From positions 36,232 to 100,231 of the forward strand of contig JAUCBJ010009106.1 in the NCBI GenBank assembly GCA_032718475.1: 64,000 bases of DNA, written 5' to 3'. The DNA comes from Nemertoderma westbladi. Its lineage: Eukaryota > Animalia > Xenacoelomorpha. Position 1 is the first letter of the stretch, and the number at the start of each line of letters is the position of its first letter. Positions 39,670-51,578 of this stretch are shown here, in pieces. The notes under the pieces are model-generated. The model did not search any database and had not been told where the DNA came from. It saw only the letters and a program-made list of their open reading frames with translations. A program made the translations under genes and the position numbers.

Positions 39670-40077
39670 GGGTACCTACAAATTCAATACAGCATCAATA
39701 CAAAATACTAAAGTGTATTAAATTGTGAGTTTGTATAGTGAATTTGTTGAGGCTATGGAAGATATTGTAATTGTTTAGTCAGGCTTTACCCCTAATTAAA
39801 ACTGTCATGTAACCCTAAACCTAAGTCATATCATAATCTAAGAAATTTACAACATTATTGTCATAAGCAGATAAGGCCCGGGCGGCCAATAATGCTGTAA
39901 TGGCAATAATGTAGGAAATTCCGCTAGAAATTTGTCAGATTATGATTTAGGGTTAGGGTTACATGACATGACAGTTTTAATTAGGGTTTCCATTGAATAG
40001 GGTTGCCATAAGGCCGGAAGGGCCGCCACTAGTAAATACTACGGTAGTATATTTTATATTGAATTTGTAGGTATCCT
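39670..40077. mobile_element. MITE-like palindromic element with nested ccctaa/ttaggg inverted arms
   Basis: tacctacaaattcaata / tattgaatttgtaggta ends. Inner inverted repeat at 39789-39988. Confidence 0.6.
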
Positions 40078-41153
40078 AATCAATCTGCCAATCGTGACAT
40101 TCCCCATAGCTTAACAGCTTAACACCGTATTTCTGTATTTACATTCCGTAGTGTACCGTATACAAAGTCCAGAAGTCTATAAATAATAAAAATACCGAAA
40201 TAATATAATTTTAAGTGTGTTTTGCGCGGCTTTCCTGCTCCTTTCACATTTCCCTCACTGTAAATAAACATTGTTGGCTTATTTTGGGGTACCCGGTACA
40301 GCAGTACAGGTACCGGTAATTGTTTAGCCTTTTTGGGGTACTTTGGGTTATTTTTTTAACTATTTTCGAGTCTTTTGGCAGTTTGGGGTATTTAGGTGTG
40401 TTTTGGGATAATTCGTAGGACCCAACTGCCCAACGCCCCACCTACTGAGACTGACCCACGTGCACCTGACCAGACCAGTTGACCTGCCATGCCAGCAGAC
40501 GCAGACCTCTGCCTACAGAGTGCAGACTGGCTTTATAGTATCACAATAAATTTAGTCAATGGTTCTATAAATTTTTCATTTTTTGGGCCGGAGAGTATTT
40601 AAGGATATAAAAAAATGTATCATACAGTCATATCATAATATAAATACAGTCAGGAACACTGGTCCCAATTTGTCCAATTTACAGCCAGAATGTGTCCGCG
40701 GAAAATGCTCTCAGAGTGAAATTTCTCCATAGAAAACAATGCTAAATTTCATTTGAAAACCGGCAGTGAAATTTTAACATTGGCATTCTAAAAATGATGC
40801 CATTAGAACCGCCATAAAATTCTGTATAAATTAATTTGAGAATTAGAATCTCATCGTTGGGATAACTAGGCCTATCATTAATATTAAAAGTAAAAATTGT
40901 CACCTATGTGCCTAGCTTCTGCTTTGAGGACTAGTGAAGTTACAGCCAAAATATGTCCGAAAATATAATTATTATAGGAAGGGATCTAGGGGTCTTAACC
41001 TCGAATGATAAGTTTATTTTACCAAAAATAACTTATCTTATATTGGCGCAATTGTAGGACTAATCCCATCACATGCGTACTTTTTAACCGGGTAGTGTAC
41101 AATTTTAGGAATCGCATAATTTTTCTTGAAATTAATATCTCATATCTCTCCAA

Positions 41154-41196
41154 ACCACGTACGCGTTTCGACCTTACTGGGTCTCATCAGCGTGGT
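41154..41196 (-). ncRNA. Minimal type I hammerhead ribozyme
   Basis: Minus strand reads accacg CUGAUGA gacc-cagtaa-ggtc GAAA c-gc-g UA cgtggt. It has a 6-bp stem I, an intact core, a 4-bp stem II, a palindromic minimal stem III and a GUA cleavage triplet. Confidence 0.88.
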
Positions 41197-41255
41197 GTCG
41201 GATTCGAACCTGGGACCTCGAGGTGGAAGCCAGACTACAACCACTAGGCCACAGG
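41197..41255 (-). promoter_or_regulatory. tRNA-derived Pol III internal promoter (A and B boxes) directly 5' of the hammerhead
   Basis: A box TGGCCTAGTGG (41251-41241) and B box GGTTCGAATCC (41210-41200), with tRNA-like spacing. Confidence 0.8.
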
Positions 41256-41714
41256 TTCTTGAGATACAGCTTGCCAACACATTGTTACTATCGAAAATAT
41301 AATCACAGTCTGTGAAGGACAAATCGTGGCTGCACGGACACTTTCTGGCTGTAAATATGTGGATAATTTTTGGCTGAGCTTCAGCCAGAAAGTGACCAGT
41401 GTTCCTAACTGAAATACCCTTGAGGTATTTAAATAAAATTTTATGTCTGAACTTAACACCTGGCAGCCTGGCTGATTGCGTCCACTAGCTCCAGGCTATT
41501 ACTGTATTAGCAGTCAGCCAGCTTCAGTCATTGATTTAATTATGAAAGTGTATTGCAATTTCATATTTGTTTGAATGGCGAAATAAATAAAATGATAATG
41601 ATAACTGGCACAGTACTGTCAGACTGTAGTACCGGTACAAAGTACCGGTACCGGTACCGTACGGTACCGGTACCGTACGGTACCGTACCTGTACATAACA
41701 GACCAACAACTTAC

Positions 41715-41771
41715 TTTGGTTTTTAGTGCTTCGTCTAGCATTGAATCAACGTCTTCGTCATATCCTGCCAT
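41715..41771 (-). CDS. RBM39: RBM39/CAPER first coding exon (MAGYDEDVDSMLDEALKTK)
   Basis: Hand translation of the minus strand. It resembles the RBM39 N-terminus (MADDIDIEAMLEAPYKK-type) and ends in phase 0 at a GTAAGT donor. Too short for the ORF track. Confidence 0.8.
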
Positions 41772-42244
41772 TTGTGGATCTTTCATTTGTTCCGTTAAAT
41801 ACCGGAAACACGCAACAGTCAGGCAGTTTAGTTTTGGAGTCCTAACGGTTTGACTAATTTAATATTATGTATGTATTTAATTTATCTTATTGTTATGATA
41901 ACGGTATTCTAGGCCCAATATGCAATAAAGCAGTAAAGACTGAAAGACGATAATACTGTAATAACAGACTGACAGACGGAACTTTCAATGTTGTTGTTTG
42001 ACTGGACACACAGACTAGGCCTACTCTCCTTTCCTCCAACGTCTCTGACTGAACGCGAAACAGCAAAGCAAACGGTTGAAGGTATCAGTCTGTCAGTAGA
42101 CCTACCCCCTGCCTGCCTGCAATCATATGTAATTTTAAATAGGGCCTAGGCTGTCTGGCTGTAGGCAGCTCAGCTAGGCAAATAAAGAAATAAGTACGGC
42201 TGTACGGTAGGATATACCTTTGTAGCAATGAACTGGTTACCACT

Positions 42245-42720
42245 CTGAGAACGCGTGCAGCAAATAACACTCACTTACATGTACCGAATTTACACTGGGA
42301 CCGCACCAAAGTATCTACGCGACCTGATTACGTTCTCCCAAACACAATCACGTCTACGACGCTTCAAACATAGGGTAAAAGAACACCTTTTTTCAAAACT
42401 TGTTGAATCCGAGCAATCAATTTATTTTTAACAAGTTTTTACCTTTCCACAAACTACCTATTTTAACAAACTTATTTTACTTTTTAGCAATACTCAATTA
42501 TCTTTAATTTAAAAAGCCGCGCCCTTTTAGAACTTTGTACTAAATTTAATAATTTATATTTATCCGTCTAATTTAGTTATTTTACCACACCCATGTTCAT
42601 TCTAAATTACTGCAACTTGACGATTTTAATATTTCCTAATATAGCGAGGACCCTCATGAAAACGAGACATAGTCTCATGGGGTTATCCTCAACGGCAAAT
42701 CACTACCTAATTAACTCTCA
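42245..42720 (+). mobile_element. 3' fragment of an L2/Crack-like LINE
   Basis: MYRIYTGTAPKYLRDL and FKHRVKEHL C-terminal motifs. 3' stem-loop gagga...catg...gagac atagtctc atg...tcctc. Confidence 0.55.
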
Positions 42721-43909
42721 GCATATATATTATATGCATTGTGTATTTATAATCCCTACAGCCCTAACTCACAGACGCGGTAAACTTATTACAAATAAAT
42801 ACAGTACATAATATTTTATAGTAAGACAATAGAAATATATATACAGGTACAGTACAGTACATAATATTTAAAATAAGAGAATAAACAGTAAATAGATACA
42901 GTTTTTAAAATTTATTAAAAAGACAACGTAAACCTTTTGATTAGGCCTACTAAAAGATATATTTTATTGATGCCGAACGTTTTTATAATTATTGTGTTGT
43001 CGTTGTTGCTTTTATTTATTTATACCTTACATATCTTATCCACTGTTTCCGTTTGTCCTAAATGTCTTATCATAATTACAATATTTTTTAGTAAAATTAC
43101 AATAATTTTGTGGTTGTTGCATTTATACATTTTAACTCGTATCCACTATGTTTGTAAGTCCTAAATTTTACCATAATTATGTTGTAAATATTGTAAATAG
43201 TGTTTCAAATCTACTGAAGGTCATTGTATTTATCTATGTTTTTTCTATTTTGCGCTGTTTTCAGATAAAAAACATTTTCTAGGACATGTTGAACACCATG
43301 TACTGTACATTTGTTTGTTGCCGTTACCTTTTCCTACTTTATATGTTATATTTTAATGATATACTTAGTGCCTGTTTTAACTGATTTAACGTCAAATAAA
43401 AAATTCCAATTCCAATTCCTGAATTCCAATTCCAGGTACAGTCAGTAGGCCTAGTCAGTTAGGGTAGGTTTCTTAAATAGGAAGTTTTTTTTTCCTATAT
43501 AGGAAAAAGTGCTTCCAATATAGGAAATTTTTGCCATTTTTCTGAACATTTTCTTCGTTATCTTTTGAAATAAATTTTAGCGGCATATTTGAATTCCTGG
43601 TTATTGGCGGTTAATCTATACTACGTTTGTTGTAAAACTAGAAAAAAAACTATCTGTGCGTTCACTTTCTATAGCCATTTTAAAAACTTTACTTTTTCTG
43701 AGAATTTCTTGTATCAGTATATATATATGAAATATTTTTTGGAATTCCTATTTACAGATTTAGGACATTAGGAGTTTAACTTATTTCTTATTTTAAATAT
43801 TTTATGTCTTGATTTTTCTTAATTAAGAAAAATTATGACTTGCCAGTTCAATTAAAGACGATGTTATTAATGTCTGAATGTAGAGTGCGATAAATTACTG
43901 TAAACTTCG

Positions 43910-45278
43910 GAGCGCGAACTTTGTTCCTAAAATGTGAAAATGCGAATTTTGTTCCAATTCACATCGAACTTTGTTCCGATTTTTGGGAATTTCGTTCCTA
44001 TTTGAGTGAATTTTGTTCCTATGAAATTTAATTAGGCCTACTGGCCTAGTCTGTCTGTCTCGCAGATCTATTGCGAATTTTGTTCCTATGACGGCGAATT
44101 TTGATCCACTCACAATTACAGTAATTGCAGTAGCTAGACTTACGGAAGGCCTAGATGAAAAACAACAGGCATTCTGAAATTAACTTTCCCGCGATTTAAC
44201 ATAATAGTATTTGATTGAATAGGAAACTTTTACTTACTTCGAGAATCATTAACATAAATTATTATAAGTATTATTAGTTAAGTATTTTCAACCCCCTATC
44301 AGTCGGGGAGAAGTTCAAATTTCAACTGAGTTGAAATTTAAAACTTTTTTTTTTAATTCAACTTTTAAGTTGTAAATTCAACTCTAAAATGGCAGGAGGC
44401 GCAGAAGGCCCCCAAGACATCACAGAAGGGGTGTTTTGATTGTTTTTATGGATGTAACTCGAAAAATTAACCCTCATTACCGATGGAATAAAAACTTTCA
44501 CCGTCGGGAATACTTTTTTTTTTAAAACATTTTAAGTGATTAGGCCTATACATTTGCAAATTAGCTGAAATACTACGGGAATTTATTAGATGTATTAAAT
44601 TACCGCTGAATGTCATAATTATTATACAATGGAATACCAGTAATGGATTACAATTCCATGTTTCAGTATTTCCAAAGCTACTCCAAAAGTTGAATTTTAA
44701 ACTCTACTCCAAAAGTTGAATTTTAAAAAATAAAGTTGAAATTTCAACTGAGTTGAAAATAAATTTTTTTTTTTTAATTCAACTTTTAAGTTGTAAATTC
44801 AACTCTAAAATGGCAGGAGGCGCAGAGGCCCCCAAGACGTTGCAGAAGGGGTGTATTCATTGTTTTTATGGATGTAACTCGAAAAATAAATAAATAAGTA
44901 AACATTAATTAATTAATAAATAAATAAACTAATAACTTAGTAATAAATAATCCAATCCACAAACTGAAAGTAACAAAGTTCGCAATAATGGGAACAGAGT
45001 TCGTATTGATAGGAAGAGGAACAAAGTTCGCAATAATGGGAACAGAGTTCGCATTGATAGGAAGAGGAACAAAGTTCGTAATAATGGGAACAGGGTTCGC
45101 ATATTGATAGGAAGAGGAACAAAGTTCGCAATAATTGGAACATAATTATCCTTGAAAATTCGATAGAACATAGTTTGCAAGTAGAGGATCAAAGTTTGCT
45201 ACGCGTTGGAACAAAATTCGCAAAAAACACAATAGGAACAAAATTCGTAAAATAACAATAGGAACAAAATTCGCGCCA
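43910..45278. mobile_element. Nested fold-back element with inverted gcgaattttgttcc arrays and an internal ~160-bp duplication
   Basis: gcgcgaactttgttccta at the left and taggaacaaaattcgcgc at the right. 44315-44470 is duplicated at 44735-44890. Confidence 0.65.
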
Positions 45279-45599
45279 CCAGTACAGTACAGTCAGAAAG
45301 TAGGCCCTACACGACTGCACGAACACGAGTAGGCCTACAGCAATAACACTAACTTCAGAACTTATTTACTACCGGTATATTGTTCTATTATTTTGCAATT
45401 TGTTAGTAATTTACTACCCCCCATACATTTAAAAAGTGAGATGTCGCTCTCTACTAGGTCTTGAATGTTGGATGAAGAAATTGGTCATGTTTAGAAGTCA
45501 ATCAGTTAATTAGGGGGGGGGGGGGGGACTTAGAATTGAAATTTATGTTACAGAAGCCATCTACCAATTATTTTTTGGCCATTTTATGTCTTAGTCACA

Positions 45600-47180
45600 A
45601 AAAATGAAAAAAAAATTGTGTAGGAATATTTTTCAGGGTCCCTACCTACCGTTTTTTTGAGATGACTTTTCATCGTAAAAGTATAAATGCCACTTTTAGA
45701 CATTTTTCGAAAATCCATGATAATGTTATGTACCTGAACTGGATCTAGTGCTAACTTTTCACTATCCTGTAATGATGAAAGTTTCAATACTGTTCCAGTA
45801 TCAGCTTCTGAAGAAGGCCCAAATCCAAAAATCGCTCCCTTTTGATGTGAAAACCCTTCAGCAAACGATTTTAACAGAATTGCAGTGAGTTTCTCAATCC
45901 CATTTGGATATTCAATTAAAATGTTCGACAGAGATAAAAGGAGGTCTGGGTTTGATTTGGATGAGATGTACATGGATGGAGAGATAAAGGTACATACATA
46001 CCTGCTCCAGTTGGAGGAATTTGATAGGTTCTATACTATTCATGTCTTTATACAGCTTAGGGATTGTCGATTCCAAGGTTTAGCAGAATAGTCTCTATTT
46101 ATAAATGAAGATAAACATTTAATTGCTTTAACAATAAAAGATTCATTTTTAAACTCTACATCAACTAGAAAACTATCTGCAATTTTCTTCTTACCAATGC
46201 AGTCATGTATTTGTTGAAACAATGTTTTGAACTTAGTTTGAAGCATCATGAGAGGATGCATGTTACAAAGAATGGTTTTCGGAATGTAAGAGACATTTAA
46301 TTCTTCACTGACCTTTTCAATTACATCTAGATTATGTAATGTGCTATCCGTCATTACAAAGGAGATTCGCTTTAATATGTCCTGTTCAGAATATCTATGC
46401 CCACTGCTGCTGAAAGTATCGTTAGTGTCATAATTTCTAATTCTTTTAAGCTATCCCTGGTTTCAGTCACAATACTACAAGTTGGCAAAGACCTCTGTAT
46501 TCCATTAAGTGTAAGGGGCTGCACAATATATTTGCCCACACCACTCATTGCTGATCCATCATTTGAATATACAATAGTAGGAGCACTATATGGCTGCATG
46601 ATCTCCTCAACAATTGCGCATAGTGCCATGGCTTCCACATAAGGTTCATTAACTCTGACAATTTTCGAGGAAGGCAAAGTGTTGATATCATCATAGGAGG
46701 GTTCTGAGTTGCTAAACACTTTCCATGGCCCATACGTTTTTCTCCCAAAGAGTTCATTAGCTACTAGAACAATGGATCCTTCAACTTGTGTTTGCGACAT
46801 ATGTAGCTAAGATTTGAGTCTATACATAAGCATATAAATTTCTGGCTTAACTGCTCGCTCACTAATCCTTATATGTCTATAGATATGAGGCACTGGATCA
46901 TCTTGGTGTGAGATGGACTCCACAAAGTTGTATCGTGGCTCACCCCGTGCCTGAAGTAGCTCAATGACTTTGTCAATGACTTTCTCTGCTGGCTCTGTAT
47001 AACAATAGTCAGGATCATGAAGCTCATTACCTGAAATTTCACCTGAGATCTCATCAATTCTTTCTAGAGATGCACTGTCACCTTGGGACTTCATTAATGA
47101 CTTAGCAAGACTCTCTTGACGTTTCAACTTCCGCTTATTTGATATGGACCAAGCTTTGTCTGCAAAGGTGGTACAGTATC
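45600..47180 (-). pseudogene. DDE transposase pseudogene, C-terminal part
   Basis: YSNDGS (D1), FVMTDST (D2) and CNMH (CxxH) motifs across ORFs 46807..47127, 46372..46800, 46040..46354 and 45584..45973. Appears truncated after VQVHN. Confidence 0.7.
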
Positions 47181-48443
47181 TGTACGCGCTTTTGAAGACC
47201 TTTAGCAGTTTAACCCGCCAAAATTTATATGTCTTTTGGTTTATAAATATACTTTAGAAGATGACAAATATTTAATACCAATAAACACAACATTAGCAGA
47301 AGCCAGCCTAGTGCGCGTCCATTCACCCGCTGGATAATCCCGGGAGACTGGATTCTGAGGGCTTAAATTATTATTGCAGTGAAGCTTACTGTATTGTATT
47401 ATTCGATTGATCGTTAATAATTAATTTCTGACTAATATTATTCACTTTCGGGAAATATTAACAGTTCCTTTAGGACGTGGCGCTCTATCTAAGTAAACCG
47501 AGATATGACTTATACTAATCACAACGGTAAGTCGGTAAGGCTTAAGATTCACGTATGAGGCGCATTCTTTAGGAAATGCTTAGTTATCAATCACAATCAT
47601 GCACACTACCGGTAACACACAATACTGCTCACTAATTTGCCGACCGTCAATGAATTTTATCATATATAGAGAGAACAGCAACGGACCAATGTAGTGCTTA
47701 TCAAATAGCATTAAATTCACTACAAACCACAATAATATAAGTCGCAATCGCTATATATAACCCGTCTCTCTAACCTGTAGTGTATCAAGAAAATTGGGAA
47801 ATTTGGGTTCTTTATATATGTTCTCCAAATAATATTAAACCAAAACACAACAGTAAACAGCATTAGGACGGTAAGTTAAGATATGATATGACAAGATGTG
47901 AACAAAGTATTGTTATGCATTGATATGAATCGATAACAGTCATACGCTCTATAATTTAAGCCTACTAATGTTTCTTCTAAAGTATGAAAACGAATTGACT
48001 CTAGAGCCGTTGTTCCTGGCCTAGATAGCAATAACACAAAGTATCAAGAAAAAACTGTAAGACTGAACACACTCCTTATGATCGACCGAAAAGCTACACG
48101 TCGACAGGAAAAATCGCTCTGATTGGCTCAAGCCAAACAAAGAACCATGCGTCCAATGGCTGTTTCCATGTCAGCAACCAGCTGTTAGATGTCGTAATAT
48201 GAATCATCACGGCTAAGCTATGAAAGGTATTTGCCGCATTGCAGGTTTTTTGTCTTACCATGTCCGCTAAAACACGTATATAGCAGAATGACTTTTATGT
48301 CCGTTAAAACACCTGTAACGGTACCTTGAGGGCGAGGGGAATATATATACAGTTAGAGAACCCTTTTTAGAGTATTCCAGCGCCTGGGGGGAAACTGGAT
48401 TGCGAAGCAAAGGGGCCAGTTATATCCCACAGAAGCTTTTACA
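47181..48443 (-). repeat. 3' LTR (1263 bp)
   Basis: Direct repeat of 58002-59263. One 1-bp indel (ttacca vs ttaca) was the only difference seen by eye. Confidence 0.97.
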
Positions 48444-48521
48444 CCGCTCCCAGAAAATGGGATTTGAGTCTATAAAATATACAAAATCACAGTTTCTAAT
48501 ATACGTAAATACTCTAAACAG

Positions 48522-49970
48522 TTAGTCTTTCTTGCGCGGACGGCGTTTACGCAGTTTCTTAAAGCTAGCAAGAGTCCTTTTCTCTTTGGGGCGAGCCACT
48601 TCACAAGGAGGGCTATAACTCCTGGGTGAAGGGTGCAATATGATTGCATCAGAGGGTGTAGGATTATGGTCGGTGTATCCGCCAGTCGAAGTACCGGGTT
48701 GATTGACATCAACGTCAGGTGAGAGGGGTCTAACGGCTTTGAGAGCTCGTTTCAAGACAGCCGCTCTTACGGGTCCTTTACGAGTGGTCTGAACGAGGGC
48801 CGTGGGTGGACCATAGGCAGTTAGAAACTTCCGGGGTTTAATGATCCTTTCCAACTCGCGTTCGCGGGCTCGGTATTCGTAAGGCCGTCGATATACTTCC
48901 TGTAACTCAGGGTGTGAGTTAACAAACAAGTCTCCATAGTCCGGATCCTGACGGATATAATTGATTAAGTTATAGGAATGAAGGTCGCTAGGATTAACAC
49001 TCCTGAGAAATTTGCGTACGAATTTAGTTGAAATACATTCTCCGACGCGCTTCAGTAGCTCGTAACTTGATATGCGTGATTTCTGTTCAACAGAAGCGAA
49101 TAGATAAGGATGGAACGCATAAACTCCTTCGTAAGCGCGTCCGGGATAATAGCGATGGCGCGAATCACAATGTAAATCAGCGTTCGCTTCCCAAGCTCTG
49201 ATGTAACGCAGTGTGATCATTTCATCTACGCTTTCCAAATCGTGATTAAAAGGGCAGTCAAAACTAGCATGTCCCTTTAGTTGACAATGGTGACATTGAG
49301 TCATAAATTGAGGGCAAACCGCAAAGATATGCAGGTTATTGAGTCTGCAATATGCGCAATAAATTTCCATAGTCGGTTGTTCTTGGAAATAGAAACAGCG
49401 GACGTTTGTGTCCATGGGCGTAACATGGTCTCTCGATGCGCATAACCGACAACGTTGCCGAGAAACATAGTTGGCATGGCGATAATCGTACGCAGTGAGA
49501 TATTGTGGACCTTGATACTATTCTAGGATGTAATCATTGTCGCTGTTCCGGGCGCGATAGGCTGAATCTCCTCAGATTCTAGGCATATTGGTTCGTCTTC
49601 CCAGTCTGTTACGAATAGAATTTTCGTGATCTATTCTCGGTTTATCGTTACGACGCCGCTGGGTATGATATTTAAATAGAACCATTTCCCTTTCGGTGTC
49701 TACATCGTCCGTATCATGTAAATCGATAGGATGGCCGGTAATTAGGAAGTCCATATACGTACTATTACGATGCGTATAGCGAGAGGTAAATTTTCGCTAG
49801 TCCAATTCACGCGTAAGTTGCTCTTGGGACATCGGCGGTTCAATATAACGACCATCGTCCTCCGTAATGGTTGGATCGGTTTCACCGCGTATCAAGCTAT
49901 CCACAAATGCTGGCAAAGGTAGAGTATATCGCTCCCTGATACCAAGATCATCTTCTATCAACTCCGTCAT
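48522..49970 (-). pseudogene. Additional 3' ORF of the LTR element: ~480-aa Zn-knuckle protein with a basic tail, interrupted by 3 in-frame stops
   Basis: The ATG at 49970 and ORFs 49572..49754 and 48522..49415 share one frame. CRLC..H, CAYC..H....C and CHHCQLKGHASFDC motifs. C-terminus KKLRKRRPRKKD. Confidence 0.7.
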
Positions 49971-51578
49971 ATCTGCTATCTATTATTAATATCGAAATGA
50001 GTTTATGTTTAGGCGAGCGGACGTCGCTGCCTACTTCTCTTTGCCCCCGGACAGTGGGATCCTCAGCGCCGATGTACCGTTGTCGCGGTGTTTACGCCAA
50101 CATGTAGCAACAGTACGACAACGATAACCGGCACAAGTCACTCCACTGTCCGTCCCAAAGGCTTGAATCCACTTTAGGTTCTTTCTATAGGAGAGTTGGG
50201 TTACTTTCACAATTGCGACTAGCTACTGTAAACACACCTTAGCAGTAACATTCACCTACAAACGCACAAATTCCACACAACTGTCACCAATTGTACACAT
50301 ACAGGCCATTTGTCCGTTAGTCAGTGCCTTCCAGAATGTCACGTTATTACTGTGTATCCTTGGATACTAACAGTGTGCTATGTATTCTCTATGCTATGCA
50401 ATGTGTCAAGCTTTCTATTATTCTCTTAACTTGCTTCTAATTCTAGCGTGGGTGTTGCTATGGTGACATTATGGAATGCTAGCGGTAGAATTAGGGTAAT
50501 TCTCATGCATACAGATCTGGGATGCTATTTAATAATAATTCTTTAATTGTCAATATCCTCTTTATGCATGATTTTATTAATTTTATCGGCTATTGACTAT
50601 ATGTTGGAGATTCTCGCACTCTAATACACTCAATAGGATGAATCTCCGCTCCCATGATCTATTAATTAATGGAATTTTGGGAATGTTATAAATTGCACAA
50701 AACGACAATTTATGAAATTCATTTAAAATATGAATTTAAATTTATTCCCGTGAATTTTATTATTTGATGTTAAAATTGACACAATTTGATTCCAGAGCAG
50801 GTCTGGGGACATAGGATCCTTAATTCTATGAAATTTGTCTTTTAAGAGTATCGGTAAGTGCTACGATATCTTAATCGACTAGAATTGTTAACGGATCTGA
50901 ATTTTACAGATTTTACTAAATATTAAATTAATATTTAAGATGGGCACCGATTTATTCCAGAACTTGTCTGGGGACGTTAACCATTGATTCTAGAATTTGT
51001 CTTTCAAGTATATCGGTGGGTGCCGCGATATCTTAATCGACTAGAATTACAGATGGTCAAAAAGTTTAACAGATTTATTTGCGTTTTACGCTACTGTTAG
51101 AGGGACATCACGCTACTATATGTATTATTTAATATAAGGTAGAAGAGCAATATCGCACGAAGCAATGTCAGTGTGAAGAGGCAAGTCGTTTCCAAGGTCT
51201 ACCCAGAGCTTGGTTTAGCCGAGACACGAGGATCTGAACTTTGCATTCCTAATACTCTGCCTACCAATAATACTTGAATATAGTAGTGGCTTTATTGTAC
51301 TTTAATAAGTACGGACGTTTCATCTTACTGTAGTCACGTATTTATAATATGATACGGACAGTAAGGAAAGAGAAAAATAATTATTTCTTGCCGTCGCACT
51401 AAATATATTATAAGTAATTACGTACGTAATAAACACTAATATATTGCACTAATCTACTAAATAATCACTAAAATAACATTCTACTAAATAAAATTAAAGA
51501 AAACGATTATAATAAAATTACATAATAATACATACACAAATATAAAATGATATAGTCACACGCCCACTCCATATGTTA

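Noticed and set aside
41197-41255. Functional tRNA gene (also at 24495, 25067, 27019 and 3340)
   Set aside because: A/B boxes are present, but there is no complete cloverleaf or acceptor stem, and SINE-body or ribozyme sequence follows.
41625-41692. GTACCG palindromic run beside the first RBM39 exon as a specific regulatory array
   Set aside because: ACCGGT/GTAC and TAGGCCTA words are abundant throughout the window, so this looks like a genome-wide compositional feature.
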